This document shows, in pieces, positions 8,225 through 18,097 of a DNA stretch of 58,400 nucleotides. The stretch comes from an uncultured Alphaproteobacteria bacterium. GTDB taxonomy: Bacteria; Pseudomonadota; Alphaproteobacteria; HIMB59. Made by a program: the position numbers and the translations under genes. How positions within the stretch are numbered: the first letter of the stretch is position 1; every line of letters starts with the position of its first letter. Under the pieces are notes generated by a model. The model was not told the origin of the DNA, made no database searches, and saw only the letters and a program-made list of their open reading frames with translations. The stretch lies in the NCBI GenBank assembly GCA_902522585.1, contig CABYWI010000001.1:1-58400 (forward strand), read 5' to 3'.

Positions 8225-11200
8225 ATGAAAATCATAAAAAAAATATTAATTGCAAATAGAAGTGAAATTGCGATACGAATATCTCGTGCAGCGACTGAAT
8301 TAGGTTACAGAACTGTATCTATTTATTCCTATGAAGATCGTTTTGCTTTACACCGTTTTAAAACAGATGAAAGTTATTTAGTAGGTTCAGGTTTAGGACC
8401 TATTCAAGCCTATCTTGACTATAAGGGAATTGTTCAGATCGCTTTAAATTCAGGATGTGACGCTATCCACCCAGGCTATGGTTTTCTTTCTGAAAATCCA
8501 GAGTTTGCCGATGAGTGTGCAAAACATAATATCCTTTTTGTAGGTCCATCCTCGAAGATTATGCGCTCTTTAGGAAATAAAGTAGAGGCTAAAAAAACAG
8601 CTGATAAAGCAAAAGTTCCTACCATTCCTTCTACAGGTCCCCTACCTCGTGATATTAAAAAATGTAAAGCTCTTGCAAAAAAAATTGGTTACCCGATCAT
8701 GTTGAAAGCTTCATGGGGTGGCGGCGGCAGAGGTATGAGAGTTATCCGCAAGGAGAACGAAATAGAAAACCAAATTAATACAGCACGTCGTGAAGCAAAA
8801 AGCGCTTTTGGTAAAGACGATGTTTTTTTTGAAAGGTTAATTGAAAAAGCATTTCATGTTGAAGTTCAAATTATCGGCGATACTCATGGTAACATCGTTC
8901 ATTTATTTGAAAGAGATTGTTCGTTACAACGAAGACATCAAAAAGTGGTTGAGCGTGCACCAGCTGCTTACTTAAGCAACAAAGAACGAGAGACAATATG
9001 CCAAGCGGGTGTTCGTATTGGTAAACAAGTTGATTATTCATGTGCAGGAACAGTTGAATTTTTAATGGATGCTAAATCACGAGAATTCTTTTTCATTGAG
9101 GTAAACCCTCGAGTCCAAGTGGAGCATACGGTGACTGAAGAAATTACAGGTATTGATATTGTAAAGGCTCAATTTCTTTTGGCTTCAGGTGCCAAAATTG
9201 GAGACGGTATTTGTGGTGTTCCTGAACAACAAGATATTAAAATGAAAGGACATGCCATCCAATCACGTGTAACCACAGAAGACGCATCTAATGATTTTGC
9301 GCCAGATTATGGAAAAATAACCGTTTATCGTTCTGCAAGTGGCCATGGCATTCGGTTGGACGCGGGAACTGCTGCAACTGGCACCATAATTACCCCTTAT
9401 TATGACTCTCTTTTGGTGAAGGTATCTGCAAAAGGTCAGTCACCTGTAGAGGCCAAAAAAAGAATGGATAGAGCTCTGAGTGAATTTAGAGTCAGAGGCG
9501 TCAAGACAAATATTCCGTTTCTATTAAAACTAATTAATCACTCAGGCTTTGATAAGTTTGATTACCATACAAAGTTTATTGATAGTGAAAAAAGTTTATT
9601 TGAGCTTTCAGGAAGAAAAGACAGAGCATCTAAAACATTAAACTTTTTAGCTGAAGTAATTGTCAACGGCAATACTGAAGTTGCCAATCGACCTAAATTA
9701 CGCGAAACAACTCCTGCAAAATTATCTGATTTTGGCATAGCAAAATCAAAAAAAGCACAACAGGCTGTTGGTAAGACTTTTAAACAGATATTAGATGAGA
9801 AGGGTCCACAAGAAGTTGCCCAATCAGTCCTAAAAGAAAAAAAATTACTTATTACAGATACTACCTTTAGAGATGCACATCAGTCTCTGATTGCAACTCG
9901 CATGAGAACCCAAGATATGTTAGGGATAACTGATCTGTATGAAGAGAGATTGAAAAATTTATTTTCTATTGAGTGTTGGGGCGGGGCCACCTTTGATGTT
10001 GCTCTTCGTTTCTTAAAAGAAGATCCTTGGGATAGATTGGAAAAGTTAAGAGAGCAAATTCCATCAGCATTATTGCAAATGTTATTCCGTGGATCTAATG
10101 CCTTAGGGTATACCAACTATCCCGATAACATCTTGAGAAGGTTTATTCAATTATCTGCAAAGTATGGTATCGATGTGTTTAGAATTTTTGATGCTCTTAA
10201 CTGGATTGAGAATATGCAGGTTTCAATTGATGAAGTTTTAAAATCAGGAAAAATATGCGAAGCTTCAATTTGTTATTCAGGTGACCTTTCTTCTCCATCT
10301 GAGAAAAAGTATACCCTTGATTACTACTTAAAAATGGCAGAAACACTAGAAAATATGGGTGTCCATTTCCTAGCAATTAAAGATATGGCAGGTCTTTGTA
10401 AGCCAAAGGCGGCCAAAATTCTTTTCAAAGAACTAAAGAAAAATATCAAAATACCAATTCACTTTCATACTCATGATACAAGTGGTAACGGTGTGGCCAC
10501 TTTATTAAATGCATCTGATGCAGGTGTGGATATTGTAGACGTAGCCATAGACTCTTGGTCGGGATTTACTTCGCAACCTAGTTTTGGTGCAATGGTTGAG
10601 TCTTTAGACGGCAATTCTCGTGATCCTAAAATTTCATCTGCAGTTGTTAGAACAGCAGCAAATTACTGGGAAGGCGTCAGAAAACAGTATCAGCCTTTTG
10701 AAAGTAAAGTTCGAACTAGTATGTCTGAAGTTTATCTTCACCAAATGCCAGGTGGGCAATACACAAACTTAAGAGAACAAGCAAGGTCAATGGGCATCAC
10801 AGATGAAAGATGGCCTGAACTTGCTTCGATGTACGCTGAAGTAAATAAAATTTTCGGAGATGTAATTAAAGTTACTCCAATTTCAAAAGTTGTAGGTGAT
10901 ATGGCAATCTACATGCTTGCAAACAATATCCAAATCGAAGATGTTCTTGATCCTAAAAAAGATGTTGGGTTCCCAGCATCTGTTATAGAATTCTTTAGCG
11001 GTCGACTAGGCCAACCTTATAAAGGTTTCCCAAAAGCTCTTCAGAAAAAAATATTAAAAGGTAAAAAGCCAATTAGTTACCGATTTGGTTCTAAGCTAAA
11101 ATCTTTAAATATCAAGAATAAAACTAAAGAATTAGAGCAAAAATACTCAGAGGTTATTTCTGAAAAAGATACCCTATCTCAAATTTTCTTCCCTGAAGTT

Positions 11201-11689
11201 TTTGATGAGTACATGAAGCATCGACAAAAGTTTGGCAATACCAGTGTTATTCCTACCTCTAACTATTTCTTTGGAATGAATACTGGTGAAGAGATATATG
11301 TTTCAATTGAACCTGGAAAAACCCTTATCATTAGATATTTCACATTAAGTGAACCTAACGAAAAGGGTTATAGAACTGTTTATTTTGAGTTAAATGGACA
11401 GCCCCGCTCAGTTGATGTTAAAGATAGCTCAATAGCTGTCGATGACTTGACTAAAGAAATAGCTGATCCAAGTAATAAGAAACATGTAGCGGCACCTATT
11501 CCAGGGTTATTAGTAGATGTTGCCGTAACAGAAGGCATTAAGGTTCAAAAAGGTGCAAAGCTATGTACAATTGAAGCTATGAAAATGGAAACCGTAATTT
11601 ACTCTGACCAATCAGGAACAGTTGAAAGACTTTGTGTTAAAGCGGGTGAAAATATTGATGCTCAACAGCTTTTATTTATTATAAAATAA
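8225..11689 (+). CDS. pyc: Pyruvate carboxylase (single chain)
   Basis: Biotin carboxylase domain (ANRSEIA, GGGGRGMR, ERDCSLQRRHQK), carboxyltransferase domain (RDAHQSL, HFHTHDT, MPGGQYTNL), biotinyl EAMKME. Confidence 0.96.
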   Translation: MKIIKKILIANRSEIAIRISRAATELGYRTVSIYSYEDRFALHRFKTDESYLVGSGLGPIQAYLDYKGIVQIALNSGCDAIHPGYGFLSENPEFADECAKHNILFVGPSSKIMRSLGNKVEAKKTADKAKVPTIPSTGPLPRDIKKCKALAKKIGYPIMLKASWGGGGRGMRVIRKENEIENQINTARREAKSAFGKDDVFFERLIEKAFHVEVQIIGDTHGNIVHLFERDCSLQRRHQKVVERAPAAYLSNKERETICQAGVRIGKQVDYSCAGTVEFLMDAKSREFFFIEVNPRVQVEHTVTEEITGIDIVKAQFLLASGAKIGDGICGVPEQQDIKMKGHAIQSRVTTEDASNDFAPDYGKITVYRSASGHGIRLDAGTAATGTIITPYYDSLLVKVSAKGQSPVEAKKRMDRALSEFRVRGVKTNIPFLLKLINHSGFDKFDYHTKFIDSEKSLFELSGRKDRASKTLNFLAEVIVNGNTEVANRPKLRETTPAKLSDFGIAKSKKAQQAVGKTFKQILDEKGPQEVAQSVLKEKKLLITDTTFRDAHQSLIATRMRTQDMLGITDLYEERLKNLFSIECWGGATFDVALRFLKEDPWDRLEKLREQIPSALLQMLFRGSNALGYTNYPDNILRRFIQLSAKYGIDVFRIFDALNWIENMQVSIDEVLKSGKICEASICYSGDLSSPSEKKYTLDYYLKMAETLENMGVHFLAIKDMAGLCKPKAAKILFKELKKNIKIPIHFHTHDTSGNGVATLLNASDAGVDIVDVAIDSWSGFTSQPSFGAMVESLDGNSRDPKISSAVVRTAANYWEGVRKQYQPFESKVRTSMSEVYLHQMPGGQYTNLREQARSMGITDERWPELASMYAEVNKIFGDVIKVTPISKVVGDMAIYMLANNIQIEDVLDPKKDVGFPASVIEFFSGRLGQPYKGFPKALQKKILKGKKPISYRFGSKLKSLNIKNKTKELEQKYSEVISEKDTLSQIFFPEVFDEYMKHRQKFGNTSVIPTSNYFFGMNTGEEIYVSIEPGKTLIIRYFTLSEPNEKGYRTVYFELNGQPRSVDVKDSSIAVDDLTKEIADPSNKKHVAAPIPGLLVDVAVTEGIKVQKGAKLCTIEAMKMETVIYSDQSGTVERLCVKAGENIDAQQLLFIIK

Positions 11690-11724
11690 ATTTCTTCCAT
11701 CTATTTATATGTTAGTTTTCTTTT

Positions 11725-12663
11725 GTGCTTAAAAAAATCATAACAGCAAAACATCGGGGATTCTGTGCGGGCGTTGACCGAGCTGTTGAAATTGTTGAGA
11801 AAAGTTTAATTAAATATGGTGCTCCAGTTTATGTACGCCATGAGATTGTTCACAATAAATTTGTTGTAAATAATTTAAAAGAAAAGGGTGTAATTTTTGT
11901 TGAGTCATTAGATGAAATACCACAAGAGACAAAACAACCTGTCATCTTCTCCGCCCATGGTGTCGCTAAAAGAGTTATTGAAAAGGCCAAAAATTATAAC
12001 TTAATCTTTTATGATGCCATTTGCCCACTAGTCAGCAAAATTCATAAAGAAATTATTCTATTAGAAACACAAGGCTATCAAATTATAATGATTGGCCATG
12101 AAGGTCACCCTGAGGTCGAAGGAACAGTAGGCCAACTTCAAGACATAAGTAAATTAACTTTAGTTCAAAAATTGTATGATGTTGAAAAATTATATTTTCC
12201 ATCTAGTCAAAAAATAGCTTATATCACTCAAACAACTCTTTCCGTATTTGATACTCAGGAAATAGTAGATGCATTAGAAAAAAAATTTCCTCAAATTTTA
12301 GCACCTAAGAAATCGGATATTTGTTATGCGACTTCAAATCGTCAAATTTCTGTTCAGGAAATTGCTAAAAATGTAGATGCTTTTTTTGTTATCGGCGCCT
12401 TTAATAGTTCAAATTCTATTCGTCTTGTCGAAACTGCCAAAAGATTTGGATGCAATTATAGTGAATTAATAGAAAATATTGATAATTTTGATTATCAAAA
12501 ATTAAACCAATATCAATCGATAGGCCTAACTGCCAGTGCGTCCGCGCCAGAAAAACAATTAAATTTATTCATTGATCGTGTTAAACAAAGCTTTGATCTA
12601 GAAGTGGTTGATTACAAAGAAGATGAAAATATTGTTTTTAAAGTACCCAATTTTCTTAATTAA
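11725..12663 (+). CDS. ispH: 4-hydroxy-3-methylbut-2-enyl diphosphate reductase
   Basis: RGFCAGVDRA, HEIVHN, SAHG, CPLV, GHPEV, QTTLS, ICYATSNRQ, NSSNS. Confidence 0.95.
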   Translation: MLKKIITAKHRGFCAGVDRAVEIVEKSLIKYGAPVYVRHEIVHNKFVVNNLKEKGVIFVESLDEIPQETKQPVIFSAHGVAKRVIEKAKNYNLIFYDAICPLVSKIHKEIILLETQGYQIIMIGHEGHPEVEGTVGQLQDISKLTLVQKLYDVEKLYFPSSQKIAYITQTTLSVFDTQEIVDALEKKFPQILAPKKSDICYATSNRQISVQEIAKNVDAFFVIGAFNSSNSIRLVETAKRFGCNYSELIENIDNFDYQKLNQYQSIGLTASASAPEKQLNLFIDRVKQSFDLEVVDYKEDENIVFKVPNFLN

Positions 12664-13471
12664 ATTTTTTCCTATAAAAAAAATCTATTAAAGTCATATG
12701 TGGTAGTGTTAAAGCCGCAAGTCCAATAAAAATAGTTTTAATAAAGGACTCATTAAAAGAAAAATTATTATTCAAATATATAATCGCGATACACCCCCCA
12801 ACCCAAGTTATTATGGTGAAAACCGTGGTTGTGGCAAAGACAAACTTTTTATTTTCTAAATATTTATTAGTATTTTGTAATATTGCATAAACGTGCTTAG
12901 TTGTATGTACAAAACAAAAATATAAGGCAAAACCGGTTAAAGGATCAAGTTGAGAGATAATAAAAAGTATTGAAATCATCTCTAGAATTCCCCACCTTAG
13001 TTTTTTTAGATTGATAGAAAGATAGCAATATACCAAAAATAAAATTCCAAATAAAAAATAAATTACAAGCAAATATTGCTCGAAATAAATAAAACGTTCG
13101 TTTGATAAAAATGTAAAAATTTGAAATGAATCTGAAGTATGAAAAAAAATTATTCCAAAAATAATATTGATACCGTGGGTAAGAGTAACAACCCACTTAA
13201 ATTGATTTATCTTTAAAAAAGACCAGTCACATAATCCAAAATGGATAATACTCATGATAATAAACAGAAATAAAGCAATTAAGGGAAACTTTATCCAAAA
13301 AAATATAACTGCAATGGATATTATCATGTACCAAAAGATAAAAGTAAGAAACCTTTTTTTAGTTTGATAGCCTAGCAGAGCGGCGACGGCGCCATCAAAA
13401 GAACCATGAGGTACGCCAATAAATGAAACAAGGCATAGGGCAATTAAAGATATAATACTTAATTCATACAT
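12656..13471 (-). CDS. blh: Beta-carotene 15,15'-dioxygenase, Brp/Blh family
   Basis: IGVPHGSFD, HFG, FALYFCFVH, GLAALTLPHM; last gene of the rhodopsin-crt cluster. Confidence 0.92.
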   Translation of the reverse strand: MYELSIISLIALCLVSFIGVPHGSFDGAVAALLGYQTKKRFLTFIFWYMIISIAVIFFWIKFPLIALFLFIIMSIIHFGLCDWSFLKINQFKWVVTLTHGINIIFGIIFFHTSDSFQIFTFLSNERFIYFEQYLLVIYFLFGILFLVYCYLSINLKKLRWGILEMISILFIISQLDPLTGFALYFCFVHTTKHVYAILQNTNKYLENKKFVFATTTVFTIITWVGGCIAIIYLNNNFSFNESFIKTIFIGLAALTLPHMTLIDFFYRKKFN

Positions 13472-13472
13472 T

Positions 13473-14546
13473 TTAATTCAAAACTATTCTTAAGTAGCTT
13501 TTAATAAAACCAATTTTAGGCATCGCAGAGATTGTTTTTAATTTAGTTATAAATTTTGCATTACCCATCATAAAGGAACTGAATTCTTCACCATTTAATT
13601 TCTCAGCCATTTTCATAAAAATTTCATCAGATTTGTCATTATTTTCAAGGTATTTTACAAATATTTTATCCATCCATTTATCCCAATATGATTGATAATT
13701 CTTATCCTTTGAAGTTAACTGTTTTAAAAAAAATGAAAAGGCATACCCAGAAGATATCTTTGTAGCACCACCCTTAGCTCCAATCTGAACATAATTACCT
13801 TTGTTTTGTGAATTAATTTCAAACATCGGCAAGACACCTTGTTCAGAGTCAGTAATTTCATATTTTTCTATATCAAGATTTTCATTTATATAAGTTGAAA
13901 TTTGATTTTTATACCAACTTGGATCTAATAAAAATTTTGAGAAAACAGTGGACTCTACTAAAAGACGATTATCGTCCAAAGGAAGTAAATAAATAAAATG
14001 AAGACCTTGATCTTGTTTGACACGAAAATCCATTAGTCGTGCATTTTTAATTTGATGTCCATTGCTTACTGTAATTATATTCCCAATAAAGTGTTGTTTA
14101 AGTCCATCATGTTCTATATCCACTGATCTACTATCATAAATTTTTTTAGAATAAACCTTTTCTTCATTATCAAGAGTGATTTCAAAAAAATCATCTTTTT
14201 TTTTAATTTTAATAGTATTATTTTCTTTAATAGAAAAATTATGACCATCCGCTAGACAAAATTTTTTCCAATCTTGGTACCTTATTACACAATAAGGAGA
14301 GGCTATACTTTCATGGGTTATTTTTTGTTTCTGATAATAAAATTCCCATTTGCTCCATTGATTTTTTACAATGCTTTTAAAAGGAACCATCCAGTCTGTC
14401 ATCCAGAATGCAAAAAAATTATTTCTAGATTTGTTGAAGTTTTTATCAATACCAATTATGGAGAAATTTTTATTATGATATTTTAATTTATATGTTCCAA
14501 GAGCGCTTGCTCCCATCCCAACAAAGGCAATATCATAAATTTTCAT
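13473..14546 (-). CDS. crtY: Lycopene beta-cyclase
   Basis: N-terminal dinucleotide fold, QHFIG, LMDFRV, HFIYLLP, LVESTVFS, SSGYAF; between crtB and blh. Confidence 0.85.
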   Translation of the reverse strand: MKIYDIAFVGMGASALGTYKLKYHNKNFSIIGIDKNFNKSRNNFFAFWMTDWMVPFKSIVKNQWSKWEFYYQKQKITHESIASPYCVIRYQDWKKFCLADGHNFSIKENNTIKIKKKDDFFEITLDNEEKVYSKKIYDSRSVDIEHDGLKQHFIGNIITVSNGHQIKNARLMDFRVKQDQGLHFIYLLPLDDNRLLVESTVFSKFLLDPSWYKNQISTYINENLDIEKYEITDSEQGVLPMFEINSQNKGNYVQIGAKGGATKISSGYAFSFFLKQLTSKDKNYQSYWDKWMDKIFVKYLENNDKSDEIFMKMAEKLNGEEFSSFMMGNAKFITKLKTISAMPKIGFIKSYLRIVLN

Positions 14547-15405
14547 TTTGAAAACTCTCTCTTATTGGTGTGTAGGATCGGTAAATAGTCTTTAATAATA
14601 TAAATTCTGGCAATGATTTAATTGTCACCCAAAGTTTATTTAACTTATTAAGGTAAACTCTTTTATTAGAATATAGATAGTTATTATTTTTAATCTTCAT
14701 TCCTATAGCTCGGTAAATTTTGGCTGCAAAAAAAATCGCCAATCTTGTTTTTATAGGAATATATTTCATTCCACTAAATCCGTTTTGATAATAAATCTCT
14801 GATAACCCAATAAGTTTTTTTAGTATCTTGCTCATTTGCGTTTGAATTTCATAAATTGAGTCGGATTTTAATTGCTCAATAGAAATATCTCTCAACCACT
14901 CTTTAGGCAAATATACTCGATTCATATTTGCATCTTCATAAATATCTCTAGCGATATTGGTCAGTTGCATCGCAATACCAAGATCGATAGCGTGTTTGTT
15001 TGCTTGTTTATTGTTAACCAAGATTAAAGGCTGCATCATTAGTCCCACTGTACCTGCAACTTGATATGAATATTCAATTAAATCTCTTTCCGTTTGTATT
15101 CTTACTAATTTTTGGTCCCGAACTAATCCTTTAATGAGATCACCTAAAATTTGAATAGGGATATTATGTTTTTTGAAAAATTTATTTATAGGATGCTCAG
15201 CATTATTATAAATTTGTTCAAATTCATTCTTCAACTTTTCAGATTGATCATTAGGGGTTTCGTCCGCTAAATCATCAAAATATCGACATATACTATATAG
15301 CTCTGACGCGGCACTCTTATTCTGATTAGGTAAAAAAATACTTGCCCAATAAAAACTTTTACCATGTTTCTCTAGTGATTGAGGATCATAAGAATAGTCG
15401 GACAA
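14533..15405 (-). CDS. crtB: Phytoene synthase
   Basis: HGKSFYWAS, CRYFDDLAD, VAGTVG, LGIAMQLTNIARDIYED, RVYLP; TTG start. Confidence 0.93.
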   Translation of the reverse strand: MSDYSYDPQSLEKHGKSFYWASIFLPNQNKSAASELYSICRYFDDLADETPNDQSEKLKNEFEQIYNNAEHPINKFFKKHNIPIQILGDLIKGLVRDQKLVRIQTERDLIEYSYQVAGTVGLMMQPLILVNNKQANKHAIDLGIAMQLTNIARDIYEDANMNRVYLPKEWLRDISIEQLKSDSIYEIQTQMSKILKKLIGLSEIYYQNGFSGMKYIPIKTRLAIFFAAKIYRAIGMKIKNNNYLYSNKRVYLNKLNKLWVTIKSLPEFILLKTIYRSYTPIRESFQNENL

Positions 15406-15406
15406 T

Positions 15407-16891
15407 TTAATTTAGTTGAAAATCTTTTTTAATCAATTTTTCTACTACTTTTGCTGAGCACAAAACTCCCGGTATGCCAGCCCCAGGATGAGAACCAGCA
15501 GTGGAGAAGTATAAATTTGATATTTTTTTATCTTTATTATGATATCTAAACCATGCAGATTGTGAAAAAATAGGAGCAATTGAGAAACCAGCACCATGCA
15601 TTGATCTATAGTCATTTTTAAAATCTTGTGGGGTCATCCAAAAATCTTCCTCAATATTTTTATCTAAATCAGGCATAATAGTATCGCTTAGTGCCTTAAC
15701 AATCTTGTTTCTTAATATTTTTCCCTCTTTGTCCCAATTTACATTTCCTTGAAGGTTTGGAACAGGGCAAAGTACATAAAAGCTATCTTTTCCTGTAGGA
15801 GCAAATGTTTGATCTGTCGCCGTAGGTCTGTGCAAATAAAGAGAAAAATCATCAGTTAAAGTCTTATTTTCAAATATATCTTTAAGTAATTCTTTATATC
15901 TCTCGGTCATCCAAATCGTATGATGAGCAACATTATTATACTGTTTCCTACTACCAAAAAATAAAACAAATAAACCCATTGAATATTGTGTAAACTTTTC
16001 TGATTTGAATAAGGCGTAATCACTTGATTTAATATCAAGCATTTCATTATACACTGTTGGAGGATCGGCGTTACTAATGACTGCATCAACATAAATTTCT
16101 TCACCGCTTGTGGTTTTTAATTTTGTAACTTTATTTTTATTTGTGATAATTTTTTCTATATCTGTGTTCTTTTTAATAATTATTTTTTTTTTTAACATTA
16201 GTTTCTCTAATTCACGAACAATTTTGCCAGTACCCCCCATACAAAAGAAGACACCCCATTTTCTCTCTAAATAATGTATCAATGCGTATATAGATGTTGT
16301 GGTGAAAGGGTTCCCACCAACAAGTAATGGGTGAATAGAAAAAGCTTTTCTTAAGAATTCATTTTTAAGTTTGCTATTAACTAGTTGGCTCACTGTCAAA
16401 TAGCTTTTAAGTTTTAACAAAGAAGGAATTTGTTTTGTCATTTCCCAAAAAGATAAAAAAGGCTTATCTGAGAGTTTCTCAAACCCTATTTCAAAAATTT
16501 CTTTAGATGTCTTGATGAGGCTCTTATATCCATCTATATCCCTTTTATCAAATTTACTAATTTCATCATTTGTATCTTTTATTGAAGGCCTGTAATCAAA
16601 AGTCTTTCCATTATGAAAATAAAATCGATACCAAGGATCTAGCGGAACAAACTCTAAATAATCCTCTAATTTTTCATCAAATAGTTCAAATAGTTCCTCA
16701 AATAAAAAAGGTGCAGTAATTACTGTAGGACCAGCATCATGCCTGTAACCGCCTTTTTGAAAGACTCTCGCTCTTCCACCAAGGGTATCCAGTCTTTCTA
16801 TAAGAGTAACATCGAAGCCTAATTTCTTACACCTCAAGGCAGCAGCTAAGCCTCCAAATCCTCCACCAATAACAGCTACTTTTTTGTTCAA
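15407..16891 (-). CDS. crtI: Phytoene desaturase
   Basis: VIGGGFGGLAAA, GGRA, DAGPTVIT, HPGAGIPGVLCSA; TTG start. Confidence 0.94.
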   Translation of the reverse strand: MNKKVAVIGGGFGGLAAALRCKKLGFDVTLIERLDTLGGRARVFQKGGYRHDAGPTVITAPFLFEELFELFDEKLEDYLEFVPLDPWYRFYFHNGKTFDYRPSIKDTNDEISKFDKRDIDGYKSLIKTSKEIFEIGFEKLSDKPFLSFWEMTKQIPSLLKLKSYLTVSQLVNSKLKNEFLRKAFSIHPLLVGGNPFTTTSIYALIHYLERKWGVFFCMGGTGKIVRELEKLMLKKKIIIKKNTDIEKIITNKNKVTKLKTTSGEEIYVDAVISNADPPTVYNEMLDIKSSDYALFKSEKFTQYSMGLFVLFFGSRKQYNNVAHHTIWMTERYKELLKDIFENKTLTDDFSLYLHRPTATDQTFAPTGKDSFYVLCPVPNLQGNVNWDKEGKILRNKIVKALSDTIMPDLDKNIEEDFWMTPQDFKNDYRSMHGAGFSIAPIFSQSAWFRYHNKDKKISNLYFSTAGSHPGAGIPGVLCSAKVVEKLIKKDFQLN

Positions 16892-16914
16892 TGTAAATAA
16901 AATATACGGATTTT

Positions 16915-16950
16915 AAAAAAAAAAAACCAGGCAAGATGAACTTGCCTGGT
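16915..16950 (-). terminator. Intrinsic terminator after proteorhodopsin
   Basis: Minus strand AACCAGGCAAG-TTCAT-CTTGCCTGGTT followed by a long T run. Confidence 0.85.
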
Positions 16951-16972
16951 TAAATTAGATATTTGTTAATTA

Positions 16973-17737
16973 TTAAGCTTTTTTGCTAGAAGCAGTAGCA
17001 GCAGCCCAAATAACTGCGACAAAAGCGATCTTATTAACAACGTCAGCTACGTTATAAATGACGTTTAAGGTAACTGCATCGGCACCACCAGTTAGGTAAC
17101 CAAAGAAATATCCTAAAGGATAAATGGCCCAACCAATAGTTACAATCCATCTCATTGTGTTGAAGGCTGTTTGAACAGCAGCAGGACATTTGTCAGCCGC
17201 AGCTTTTCCAGCTTCACCAGCAAAGATTTCATATAAGATGTATGCCCAACCAGCTAAACCAACAATAAATCCTGCCCATGCATTGATGAAACCAGCTTCA
17301 CCCATGTAACCAGCAACTAGCATTACTAAAGTACCAATTAATAGTCTCCAGAAAATACCTGCTGATACTGTAGCAACAGCAGCAAGAATAATGTAAAATT
17401 CAATCATCTGTAACGGAACAGTGATTAACCAGTCTACATATCTGTAAACAGTAGGTGTATCACCTGTTGTTACCCATACTTCTCTCATGTAGAAGTAGTG
17501 AACTGCAGCAACTAAACATACTAATCCACCAAGTGCTAATGAAGTCTTCCATTTACCTGATACATTGTTAGTTTCTAAAAAGAAAAATGCGGTTGCAGCA
17601 ACCATACACATAGAGATAACCCAAAAAGATATCCCAACAAAGTCATTTGGCTCTAGGCCAACGCTTGCAGAAGCTATACCAGGCAGTGCTACTAAAGCAG
17701 CTGTTGGGATAGCCATTGATTTTAAAAACTTAATCAT
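16973..17737 (-). CDS. Proteorhodopsin, DTE proton pump, blue-absorbing type
   Basis: RYVDWLITVPLQMIEFY (D97/T101/Q105/E108 equivalents), DVVNKIAF with Schiff-base Lys, His in AVHYFYMR; strong RBS AAAGGAG. Confidence 0.97.
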   Translation of the reverse strand: MIKFLKSMAIPTAALVALPGIASASVGLEPNDFVGISFWVISMCMVAATAFFFLETNNVSGKWKTSLALGGLVCLVAAVHYFYMREVWVTTGDTPTVYRYVDWLITVPLQMIEFYIILAAVATVSAGIFWRLLIGTLVMLVAGYMGEAGFINAWAGFIVGLAGWAYILYEIFAGEAGKAAADKCPAAVQTAFNTMRWIVTIGWAIYPLGYFFGYLTGGADAVTLNVIYNVADVVNKIAFVAVIWAAATASSKKA

Positions 17738-17875
17738 TGAGTACTCCTTTTTTTAAGTTCTTACAACTTTAAGGAATCCAAATTAATTGGATCCGTTAAT
17801 TGAAAGGGATTATAGGGATTTAATGCAAAAAAAAAATACTTTTAATAACTTTAATTCATATCAATTGGGGGTATA

Positions 17876-18097
17876 GTGGATAAAAAAATGGCTATATTGA
17901 ATGATACTGTGTTATTTCATGGACTATTGTTCCTTTTATCCACATTGCTTCTTTTATTTTTGTTAAAAACCTCGAAAAAGCACATAAATAATCAAAAAAT
18001 TAAGAAAATTGTTGATTTTATTGGTTATTTAACATACTTGGGCATCATCATTTTTATTTTTGATAACCATACCTCTCATTATCTAGATAGCTTGTAA
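17876..18097 (+). CDS. Small hypothetical two-TM membrane protein
   Basis: Two hydrophobic stretches; stop abuts the ATG of the next gene. Confidence 0.5.
   Translation: MDKKMAILNDTVLFHGLLFLLSTLLLLFLLKTSKKHINNQKIKKIVDFIGYLTYLGIIIFIFDNHTSHYLDSL

Noticed and set aside
16973-17737. Carotenoid-antenna (fenestrated) rhodopsin
   Set aside because: Helix E reads AWAGFIVG with Phe at the position that, by eye, is Gly in antenna-binding rhodopsins; no carotenoid hydroxylase gene is in the cluster
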